Origin: Promethearchaeota archaeon
Lineage (GTDB): Archaea; Asgardarchaeota; Hermodarchaeia; Hermodarchaeales; Hermodarchaeaceae
NCBI GenBank assembly: GCA_048939245.1
Contig: JBHLPR010000063.1
Coordinates: 1 to 12,986 of the forward strand
Direction: 5' to 3'
DNA: 12,986 bases
Translations under genes and position numbers: made by a program
The notes under the pieces: model-generated
Told to the model about the DNA's origin: nothing
Databases searched by the model: none
Seen by the model: only the letters and a program-made list of their open reading frames with translations
Part shown: positions 5,090 to 12,986 of the stretch, piece after piece
Position numbering within the stretch: the stretch's first letter is position 1
Layout of the letters: every line of letters begins with the position of its first letter

Positions 5090-6478
5090 ATGAGATTTGA
5101 GCATATTATTTCACCGGGGACTGCTCACAATAGCTATTTCTTTGCAGATAAAGGTGTAGCTTTCGTTGTTGATCCACGCCGTGATGTAACTGTCTATCTT
5201 GAACTCGCGAATGAAGAGTGTACAGATATTCTCTATATCTTTGAAACCCATCGGAACGAGGACTATGTTATCGGCTCCCTAGAATTGCAGAATCTAACAG
5301 GGGCAGAAATTGCGCACAGTCGAAAAACCCAGTTCAAATACGGCGAACATAACGTGAAAGACGGGGACACTTTCGATATTGGCCGGTTCCGCGTTGAAGC
5401 CCTATATACTCCAGGTCATACTAACGATTCTGTTTGCTATTCCGTAACGGATACAGGAAACGGCTCTCGTCCCTTCATGGTGTTCACTGGTGACACGCTC
5501 TTCGTGGGCGATATCGGGAGGACTGATCTTCCGGGACTGGATATTTGGGAGAAAATGACTGAGAAACAGTATCATAGTTTGCACGAAAAGCTTCTGCCTC
5601 TTGGCGATGATGTTTTAGTATATCCTGCTCACGGGGCGGGATCAATTTGTGGGCATAAGCTTAGTGATCGGAATTTCAGCACCATTGGCTATGAACGGCA
5701 TCACAATCCCGTATTGCAGCTAGAGAAAGAAGCGTTCATCGAATATGTCTTGGGTATCAAATTACGACGTCCACCCTATTTCCGGAAGATGGAAGAGTAT
5801 AATTTAGATGGGCCTCCTTTGCTTCGTGATGCAATGGTTCCACAAGCTTTGAAGGTCTCCGAATTTGAGAAAGCAATGGAAGCATCTAATACCATCGTAG
5901 TGGATACGCGTAATCCCGATGCTTTTGCAGCGTCTCATCTACCAGGATCTTTGAATATTTGGCTTAGTGGATTATCCTTCTATCCCGGATGGACTTTAAC
6001 CTATGACCAAGAGATACTCCTCGTATTAGAACGAACAGAGGATATTGAAACAGCTAAACCCTATCTCTGGCGAATTGGCTATGACAACATTGTGGGTTAT
6101 TTATGTCCAGGAATTCATGTCTGGAGGACGCAAGGTAAACCTACCGATCAAATTGGTGCTATCAAAGCGACTCAGTTAAAAGAGCGACTTGAGAAGAAAG
6201 AATTGCGACTCCTTGACGTTCGCACAACAGCAGAATGCGAAGCTGGCTTCGTCGAAGATTCAACATATGTCTATGTAGGTGAACTAACTCAACATCTAGA
6301 CAAGATTCCACGTGATAAACCACTTGCAACAACTTGTGCTTCTGGATTGCGTGGAAGCCTAGCCGCTAGTATTCTTCGCAGACACGGATTCACTGATGTC
6401 AGCAATGTATTGGGCGGTCTCAAGGCGTGGGAGGCTCTTGGTTATCCGCTATCGCCAGAGTGTCCCGCAGAATTCTAA
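5090..6478 (+). CDS. MBL-fold persulfide dioxygenase-like protein fused to two rhodanese domains (CstB-like)
   Basis: VVDPRRD, ETHRNEDY, TPGHT, FTGDTLFVGDIGRTDL, PAHGAGSICG; central rhodanese-like domain; C-terminal rhodanese active loop CASGLR and GG..AW. Start at ATG 5090 (or 5084) after GGAG. Confidence 0.9.
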   Translation: MRFEHIISPGTAHNSYFFADKGVAFVVDPRRDVTVYLELANEECTDILYIFETHRNEDYVIGSLELQNLTGAEIAHSRKTQFKYGEHNVKDGDTFDIGRFRVEALYTPGHTNDSVCYSVTDTGNGSRPFMVFTGDTLFVGDIGRTDLPGLDIWEKMTEKQYHSLHEKLLPLGDDVLVYPAHGAGSICGHKLSDRNFSTIGYERHHNPVLQLEKEAFIEYVLGIKLRRPPYFRKMEEYNLDGPPLLRDAMVPQALKVSEFEKAMEASNTIVVDTRNPDAFAASHLPGSLNIWLSGLSFYPGWTLTYDQEILLVLERTEDIETAKPYLWRIGYDNIVGYLCPGIHVWRTQGKPTDQIGAIKATQLKERLEKKELRLLDVRTTAECEAGFVEDSTYVYVGELTQHLDKIPRDKPLATTCASGLRGSLAASILRRHGFTDVSNVLGGLKAWEALGYPLSPECPAEF

Positions 6479-6507
6479 AGAAGTAATGGATTTGGTGCCC
6501 TCTCATT

Positions 6508-8208
6508 TCACGGAATGAAATATCCCCAGAAAAACGCGAGAACAGCTACGGCAATAGTGACGAGGAGAATCACAGGTAATGCCTTGCGCATTACTTGTCC
6601 TTCCATTCCCTTTGCATCAATAACTGCAGCAGCATTCTGTAATTTTGCAGGAGAAAGTACACTCGCTAATCCACCGCCAATACCTGAGCTTGCTCCAACG
6701 ATAAGGGGTTGGGCACCAATTGTTGAGGATGTGAGCTGATGGTAGGGTTGGAACATGACTATCGTGGACGTTTCACTCCCACTAACGAATCCGCCAAGCA
6801 GACCTAGAAATGCCGCGGTGAGAGGATAAAATGGGCCAAAGGAAGCCGCAGTTACTGCTGAGAGGACATATATCATGTTCCATTCAGGAATGTAATCAGA
6901 TGCACGAAGCCAGGATCCATCAGAGGCGATAACGCTTCCAGAATAAATTAGGATATAGGCTAGTGCAAAGAAAATGGCTGCGGAAACAAAGGGTCGCCAT
7001 GCTCGACGAATCCAGGTCACCATCGTGTCTTGGATGTCTGTTTTGAATTTAGGGATTTTTTGTTGAGAACGGGCTATAAATGCATCAATGATGATTGCTA
7101 GCAGTGTCGCAATCAGCACCCAGAAGTATGCATTCCATAGAAAGCGAGTGCTGATGGTTATGATTCCAATAGTGACGGGAAAAGTGAGAACGTTGAAAAA
7201 CAGATCATAGATTGGTGGGACAAGGTTGATGAGAAAGCAGAAGAAAATGAGAATAAGCCATGGACTCATCGCCTGGAGGAGTCCCATGGATTCTATGACA
7301 GGTTGATCTTCCTCGGTGAGGACGCTCTTATCTATAAGGGCGAGGCCTCGAAGCTTAGAATAAGCAAGCATCGCAGCGATAACAGCGAGACCAGCGAACA
7401 CATTGGTCAAGGTAGTGAAGCCAATCCAGAAGAGGTTGCAGAAATAACACACTAACCCCGCAATAATGCCGGTTGCGATGGCTAATCCCAAAGCTTCCTT
7501 ATTAAAAAATAATTTTCGTCCCCCGGCAAGCCAAAGCATAGCGAGTGCAATGCCAGTGGCAACAACGGGCATGTAAAGGGAAAAGATATGACCGGACATG
7601 AAGAGGGGCTCGATACCGGGATAACGTGTAGCCCAATAGGTGGAGTCTACGCCTGTAACAACATCAGAGAACACTAAAACAGGGATACCGAGGAGCGCAT
7701 AGGTAGTCAATGGGTCATAACCTATTGATGGTAACATGACAGCGACCAATGGAGAGAAGCCCATTGCTAGCATAACTGGTGGCAGCATACTGACCGGGGT
7801 GGCTCCTAAACCCACGAGAAAAAGGCCTAAACCAACATTGATGAGCATGATTTGAATGGCTCTGTTACCAGATCCTAATGTTTTAAAAAAAACTGTGATT
7901 CGAGCTAGGGCACCGGTTCGGACCATATAGGTAATCATTAGAATAGAAGTGATGACCATTAACGAAATGGGAAATGAAGCAATAATTCCTGCTACGCTAG
8001 CCAGGATAGCCAGAATAGGATTTGTTCCAAAACATAGAATTGCGATACAAAATCCAAGGAAAAATGCAGCTACTCCCACCTTATCCGCAGACCAGCGGCG
8101 AAATATCAAAAGATAAAGTGCTATAATAATCGGAAGGAGAATAAGCACCGTTCCAAGCAACGGATTTGCTGCAACAAACAACGTAAGTGGAAGTACCATC
8201 GCTATCAA
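6508..8208 (-). CDS. lctP: L-lactate permease (LctP) family transporter
   Basis: Highly polytopic 566-aa protein; LctP-like C-terminal signature 'FLGLLGGFVSGSETSTIVMF...Q...GIGGGLASVLSPAKLQNAAA'. Start may be ATG at 8199. Confidence 0.8.
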   Translation of the reverse strand: MIAMVLPLTLFVAANPLLGTVLILLPIIIALYLLIFRRWSADKVGVAAFFLGFCIAILCFGTNPILAILASVAGIIASFPISLMVITSILMITYMVRTGALARITVFFKTLGSGNRAIQIMLINVGLGLFLVGLGATPVSMLPPVMLAMGFSPLVAVMLPSIGYDPLTTYALLGIPVLVFSDVVTGVDSTYWATRYPGIEPLFMSGHIFSLYMPVVATGIALAMLWLAGGRKLFFNKEALGLAIATGIIAGLVCYFCNLFWIGFTTLTNVFAGLAVIAAMLAYSKLRGLALIDKSVLTEEDQPVIESMGLLQAMSPWLILIFFCFLINLVPPIYDLFFNVLTFPVTIGIITISTRFLWNAYFWVLIATLLAIIIDAFIARSQQKIPKFKTDIQDTMVTWIRRAWRPFVSAAIFFALAYILIYSGSVIASDGSWLRASDYIPEWNMIYVLSAVTAASFGPFYPLTAAFLGLLGGFVSGSETSTIVMFQPYHQLTSSTIGAQPLIVGASSGIGGGLASVLSPAKLQNAAAVIDAKGMEGQVMRKALPVILLVTIAVAVLAFFWGYFIP

Positions 8209-8250
8209 CTCAAGGGTCTAAGAAAGTAGGTCACCTTCGCGTTCTTTTTC

Positions 8251-8316
8251 CCTATATAAATAACACCTGTTTTCCGCTTATCAGTGGACATGGCAGAAAC
8301 AATATGCCTATATAAA
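8251..8316. promoter_or_regulatory. two copies of CCTATATAAA (8251-8260, 8307-8316), likely TATA boxes of the divergent lctP and DUF308 genes
   Basis: Exact 10-bp direct repeat with TATA consensus, each copy ~35-50 nt from the nearest start codon. Confidence 0.6.
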
Positions 8317-8351
8317 GAAGTTTGGAGTGTAGCCTTAATTACGTGATAACC

Positions 8352-8894
8352 ATGTCTCAACAACCACAATGGCTGCGAATTTTCGATATTATACTTGGAC
8401 TGATCACAATTGTCTTCGGTGCTTTGTTATTCATTGTCCCCTCGTTCACGGTTGTCTATGGAATCGGCTTTGTCTTGGGGCTTGGGCTAATAATCCTCGG
8501 AATCTGGCAAATAATGAAAATCATCCTGGCAAAGGATGTCGAGATGAATTCTCGAATTATCAGCTTGTTCATTGGTCTACTTATGTTAATCTTTGGTATG
8601 ATATTCATTGTTTCGCGAACTTTCTTCCCCACTCTCGTGGTGTTTATCCTATCAGGTGCTGTGTTGATTATTGGACTCTTCCTCCTAGTCCAAGGAACGA
8701 TGGGTAGAACAATGGAGCTGTGGATACGAATCCTCTATCTCATCTTTGGTGTTGTTGCTATCGGTATAGCGATTCCAGCGTTTATCTTTCCTACAACATG
8801 GGGTTTAGATTTGGTCTCTATTGCTGTCTCAATTGCGATAATCTTCTTTGGAACCCTAAGACTATTAGTAGGCATTAAAGGAGACTACACCTAG
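8352..8894 (+). CDS. DUF308/HdeD-like six-TM membrane protein
   Basis: Three tandem helical-hairpin repeats (IILGLITIVFG..P / LFIGLLMLIFG / LIFGVVAIGIA..P). ATG 8352 follows CGTGAT. Confidence 0.75.
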   Translation: MSQQPQWLRIFDIILGLITIVFGALLFIVPSFTVVYGIGFVLGLGLIILGIWQIMKIILAKDVEMNSRIISLFIGLLMLIFGMIFIVSRTFFPTLVVFILSGAVLIIGLFLLVQGTMGRTMELWIRILYLIFGVVAIGIAIPAFIFPTTWGLDLVSIAVSIAIIFFGTLRLLVGIKGDYT

Positions 8895-9074
8895 TTAGTT
8901 ATGTAAAATAAGAATCTAATCTCATTAAAGGTGTGAACCTGATTGAGTCATTTTCCTCCTTTGTTCGGTTAGCTCCTGTCGATAGCAAAACCGTAACTTT
9001 TGGCTTCCACAAAGAACAAAAGGATAAGACGCACAATCACAATGATTTATACTCATGCTGGAGGCGTGTTCTGA

Positions 9075-10385
9075 TTGGCAGAGAAGTTCGATGTCATCGT
9101 CGTAGGTGCAGGAATCCTTGGAGTCGCAACAGCTTATTACCTTCAAAAAAATAGCCCCGACAATACTATACTTCTGGTCGATACCTTGCCAGATGCTGGA
9201 CAGGCTAACACCGCAATGAGTGCCGCGGCTATAAGGAATATGTTCTCTTCTTCGACGAACCAATTGTTGACAGACACCAGCATCGCCTTTTTCAGGCACA
9301 TTCAGGAAGACCTCAAGTTTGATTTAAGCCTCCACTTTTGTGGCTATCTTTGGCTTCTCAGTAATCAGCAGTACAATGAGCCCACAGTCCAAGCTTGGAT
9401 GCAACGGATGGAAGCAAATAACATCACCTACCAGGCAATCGAAAAACCTGAACTCAAAAAGCTTCTTCCAGGGCTCATTACCGACTTTCCCAACGACGAA
9501 GAAGCACAACTAATGAATCTAAATCCTGTTGACTATGCCCTTTTTGGAGCAGAATGTGGGGTTCTTGATCCAAGTCTCCTTGTCCAATTCTATAAAGACG
9601 AATTCCTTAAACTCACGAAAGTGAAACCTCGCTTCAATCTCAGGGTTGAAAGCCTATTATTAGAAGCACAACCACCTCTCGGACTTCCTGGTGAACCCTT
9701 TGTATGGCAAAATAAGCAGGTTACTGGAATTCGTTCATCCCAGGGCACTATCAATGCTGATCAAGTTGTGCTAGCGGTTGGACCTTGGACCAATGCCTTA
9801 CTTGATCCCGTCGGTATCCCAAGTTATGTAAAGGCGAAAAAACGCCAACTCTTCATCGTAGCCACAAGTGATCATCCCAAACTCGAAGAACTTCTTTTTA
9901 CCAAGAACTTCAGCGAGGCAGGCTTCATTCCATTCACCATACTGCCTTCAGGGGGCGTCTATTTACGAGGTGTCCCTGAAGAGAAATCCTTCTGGGTAGG
10001 CTGTGCTGACAAAGTCGGACGAGCTTATGCCTATAAAATGGAAGATGAGGATTACAACGCAGAACGCACCTACTATGAACAAAGTATCTACCCAGTACTT
10101 AGCAAATATTTTCCGGCTTTTGCCAACCACCGCCCCACCAATATGTGGGCTGGCGCCTATACATATTCAGTTGATGCGATTCCATTAGTCTACGAACATT
10201 CGGGTGTTATTGTAGTCACGGGAGCCAGTGGGTCCGGAATCATGAAAGCAGACGCAATTGCCCGAATGGCTGATGCTCTTTATCGTGGCGAAGCCAATGC
10301 CGAATTATATGGAGGGCGAACCATCCCGGCTACCTCACTAGGTCTAACCCACCGAAAGGTAGAAAGAGAAAACGTTCTAATCTAG
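9075..10385 (+). CDS. FAD-dependent oxidoreductase, DAO/sarcosine oxidase-beta/proline dehydrogenase-beta family
   Basis: DVIVVGAGILGVATAYYL dinucleotide fold; NTAMSAAAIR; ADQVVLAVGPW; MWAG.Y...D..P; GASGSGIMKA. GGAGG precedes the TTG start. Confidence 0.9.
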   Translation: MAEKFDVIVVGAGILGVATAYYLQKNSPDNTILLVDTLPDAGQANTAMSAAAIRNMFSSSTNQLLTDTSIAFFRHIQEDLKFDLSLHFCGYLWLLSNQQYNEPTVQAWMQRMEANNITYQAIEKPELKKLLPGLITDFPNDEEAQLMNLNPVDYALFGAECGVLDPSLLVQFYKDEFLKLTKVKPRFNLRVESLLLEAQPPLGLPGEPFVWQNKQVTGIRSSQGTINADQVVLAVGPWTNALLDPVGIPSYVKAKKRQLFIVATSDHPKLEELLFTKNFSEAGFIPFTILPSGGVYLRGVPEEKSFWVGCADKVGRAYAYKMEDEDYNAERTYYEQSIYPVLSKYFPAFANHRPTNMWAGAYTYSVDAIPLVYEHSGVIVVTGASGSGIMKADAIARMADALYRGEANAELYGGRTIPATSLGLTHRKVERENVLI

Positions 10386-10419
10386 TCCTAACTAAAAACC
10401 CTGGCTTGTCGGTGAATTG

Positions 10420-11043
10420 ATGCAAGAACTATATCTCATACGACATGGCGAATCTGAACACCTAGTCAAAGGATTGACGGGTGGTTGGACCAATACTTCC
10501 CTCACGGATTTGGGTCGAGAACAAGCCATCCTCACAGGTCAACGACTAAAGGATTTGATTCAGGATTCTTCATTAGGCTTTTTTTCAAGCGATTTGGAAC
10601 GTGCAAGTCAGACAGCACAAATAATTGGGTCTATCCTTGAAATTGTCCCGATTTTAGACGAAGCCCTACGTGATTTGAATTGGGGGGTGGTAACTGGTAT
10701 GCCCCTCAAAGAAGCTCGTGAGTTCGAGCTGGAAAAAACTGAACCGCTCTTCGAATGGATTCCATTTCCTGAAGCCGAGAATTGGCGAATGCTTCATGAG
10801 CGGATAGCGCCGTTCCTAGAACAGATTGACAAAAAAGAATATGATACAGTTCTAATTGTAAGCCATGGAAATCCAATTGAAGAATGCATCTACTGGTGGC
10901 TTGATTTTTCACTCGAAATGCGTAGGGAAATCTCTTTTGATATTGCCCAATGCAGTATTACACATCTCCGAGTCAATGACTGGGGACAAAAGACAATCGG
11001 TTTCCTCAATCGCATTGAGCATCTTCATTCCCTCTCTTCATAA
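10420..11043 (+). CDS. histidine phosphatase (phosphoglycerate mutase family)
   Basis: LYLIRHGES, LTDLGREQA, SSDLERASQTA, LIVSHG, N..EHL. GGTGA precedes ATG 10420. Confidence 0.92.
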   Translation: MQELYLIRHGESEHLVKGLTGGWTNTSLTDLGREQAILTGQRLKDLIQDSSLGFFSSDLERASQTAQIIGSILEIVPILDEALRDLNWGVVTGMPLKEAREFELEKTEPLFEWIPFPEAENWRMLHERIAPFLEQIDKKEYDTVLIVSHGNPIEECIYWWLDFSLEMRREISFDIAQCSITHLRVNDWGQKTIGFLNRIEHLHSLSS

Positions 11044-11157
11044 ATTGACCTAGATTTGCAATTACGCTTGGTAGCCTTTCTGTTGTTGTGCGTTACCGCA
11101 ATCTTTTTAGGAATCACCTCGGCTTTGACCTTCTATCCTCATTGAGGGTGACAGATT

Positions 11158-12986
11158 GTGCGTCGCCAAACCTTAGGACTCTCACTATTCATCGTCTTAC
11201 TAACCTTAACACTACTTCCACCGCTGTTTGGATATTCACAAACAGCTCCCTTTTTAATTAATCCAAGCCCTGTGACACCGGGGCCCTTTGATCTAAATGC
11301 AACAACACCATTCGTTGCCAATGATGATTGGACTCCCGCAACTCCTTACGGCAATACCTCATTATTGGATGTTATCGTATCACTTGTCAATGCATCGGAC
11401 ATCGGCGAATGTAAAGCTGGCGACCTCACTGTGCATACCTTTAGTGTTCTCTTCGCAAATAATGATTCGGAAGTCTTCAAAGATAACCTCGAGTATATTC
11501 CAAGCACTGGATGGGCTGTCATAAATTATAATCTCCTACAATGGAACCTCACAACAGAAAGCTATAAGGTACGGTGCTTTTTCGAACGAGATACCGGAAT
11601 AGAAATCTGGAACACAACAACTGAAGATTCAGACACATTCTACTACAATCCCCGCTTAACAATAGCCGAACCTGAATACACCTATATCGCAGATACCTCT
11701 GATACAATTGACATAACCGTTGATCGTATCGCGAGTACCATCTGGGGAATCATAACAACTGCTAATACAACCATTGTCTTCCAAAATGCTTCCGGAACTG
11801 AAACGGAGGTATTCTACAATGAACTCCAATATAATTTAACCTCCACTAAGTGGGAAGTGGATGAGTTAAACATCTCCATTCTCGTTCCTGGTCAATCCTA
11901 TAAGATAAAAGTTCAAGCCAATTATTCTCTGGTTCAACCCTTCCAGGATGGAAATAGTCCTAACACTGATGCTTTCACTTTTAAAGGACCTTATCTGAGA
12001 GTCTCTCGACCCCATATCATCTATATCGGACGAACTGTCCAGAACCTGAATATCACAATTGACTGGGTATGGCACTCAGTATTTGGTTATCTCGATAATA
12101 CCGAGGTAACAGTTTCTAACTTCAGCATCTACCTTTCCACTGGCGTCGGAAGCGCACTAATCAATGGAACCCTGACTTGGAATAGCAGCGGGGCTAATTG
12201 GTATTTTGCACCTCTCAACATTAGCTATTATGTTGAACAAGGGCTACTCACGGTCGGAGAATATTATAATGTGAGTGCCTTCTTCGTTGCTCCATCGATG
12301 AGTGGACGTCCCTCCGTTCAAAACCTAAGTCCCTTCTCTATGTCATTCATTATTGACTATGATCCCCCGAGTATCGATTTTACCTCCATAAATCCTACTT
12401 CGCCCAAAGATTACGAATGGGTGGTAGTAACCGGGCAAATTAGTGACGACGCACAAATTGACACTGTTCTATTAAGCTACTATAATGGCACTCAGTGGAC
12501 CAATGTGACTATGTTTGGGATACCAGGAAAGCAAGCCAACTTCACCGCGTCGATTCCACCCTTTCCAGAACGTGAAATCGTTGAATACAAGATTTATGCA
12601 AACGACACGCAAAATGCTTGGACTAATAGCACTGTCCAGTACACGGTTGCTGATACGCTTCCAGTAATTTCTTTCATTAGCCAGCTACCAATTAATCCAA
12701 GGGATACAGATTCCGTAACCATTAATGCAACCGTTACAGATGGTACGGGCGTTCAATCCGTAGTTCTGAAGTATACCTTCGATGGCATCTCCTGGATCTC
12801 ATTATCAATGGAACATATTGGAGCTGATGTATACCAGGCAATCATCCCCCAATATCCTCAATTAATGTTAGACTATGATTTCAGATCCGTAGTCTTTCTT
12901 ATTGAAGCTACCGATGTATACGACAACATCAGGGAATCAGCCAATCTTGCCTATCAGGTCCAGGGAACCTTGATTTCAGTGGATCC
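11158..12986 (+). CDS. large secreted/cell-surface glycoprotein with tandem Ig-like repeats (3'-truncated by the window edge)
   Basis: Manual translation: GAGGGTGA SD, GTG start, signal peptide MRRQTLGLSLFIVLLTLTLLPPLFG, 609 codons without a stop, about 24 N-x-S/T sequons, internal repeats. Confidence 0.9.
   Translation, partial: MRRQTLGLSLFIVLLTLTLLPPLFGYSQTAPFLINPSPVTPGPFDLNATTPFVANDDWTPATPYGNTSLLDVIVSLVNASDIGECKAGDLTVHTFSVLFANNDSEVFKDNLEYIPSTGWAVINYNLLQWNLTTESYKVRCFFERDTGIEIWNTTTEDSDTFYYNPRLTIAEPEYTYIADTSDTIDITVDRIASTIWGIITTANTTIVFQNASGTETEVFYNELQYNLTSTKWEVDELNISILVPGQSYKIKVQANYSLVQPFQDGNSPNTDAFTFKGPYLRVSRPHIIYIGRTVQNLNITIDWVWHSVFGYLDNTEVTVSNFSIYLSTGVGSALINGTLTWNSSGANWYFAPLNISYYVEQGLLTVGEYYNVSAFFVAPSMSGRPSVQNLSPFSMSFIIDYDPPSIDFTSINPTSPKDYEWVVVTGQISDDAQIDTVLLSYYNGTQWTNVTMFGIPGKQANFTASIPPFPEREIVEYKIYANDTQNAWTNSTVQYTVADTLPVISFISQLPINPRDTDSVTINATVTDGTGVQSVVLKYTFDGISWISLSMEHIGADVYQAIIPQYPQLMLDYDFRSVVFLIEATDVYDNIRESANLAYQVQGTLISVD

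Noticed and set aside
8925-9299. 124-aa antisense ORF, including AAGGAGG-AAA-ATG mini-ORF MTQSGSHL at its end
   Set aside because: Mostly the antisense shadow of the oxidoreductase; SD spacing is too short; no recognisable motif.
11158-11184. Twin-arginine (Tat) signal MRRQTL
   Set aside because: Lacks the S/T-R-R-x-F-L consensus; better read as a basic Sec n-region.
190-12075. Remaining 60-112-aa ORFs in the track that overlap the called genes
   Set aside because: Alternative-frame or antisense shadows of well-supported CDSs, with no motifs or ribosome-binding sites.

Overview
Archaeal chromosomal window, judged by the archaeal-type TrpRS, the intron-containing tRNA, TATA/BRE promoters and GGTGA-type ribosome-binding sites. 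The repeat-rich surface glycoprotein is compatible with an Asgard-like sediment archaeon, but taxonomy cannot be fixed from this window. Gene order: possible C-terminal fragment of a membrane protein (+); trpS (-); membrane protein with zinc ribbon (+); tRNA-Trp(CCA) with a 69-nt box C/D-like intron (+); PAP2-family protein (+); ferredoxin:disulfide reductase-rubredoxin fusion and glutaredoxin-like redoxin (-); divergent MBL-rhodanese (CstB-like) fusion (+); L-lactate permease family transporter (-); DUF308/HdeD-like protein (+); FAD-dependent amine oxidoreductase (+); histidine phosphatase (+); large N-glycosylated surface protein running off the right edge, absent from the ORF track (+). No mobile element or CRISPR was seen. 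The strongest leads are non-coding and tryptophan-centred. First, upstream of trpS a TATA-driven, strand-asymmetric RNA stem carries a short ORF, MLGDYFWPNP-stop, a candidate archaeal leader-peptide attenuator. Second, the D' guide in the tRNA-Trp intron does not match its host tRNA and reads like the complement of a tRNA-Lys/Asn anticodon arm, and the intron has competing splice-motif registers. All pairings and counts were done by hand.
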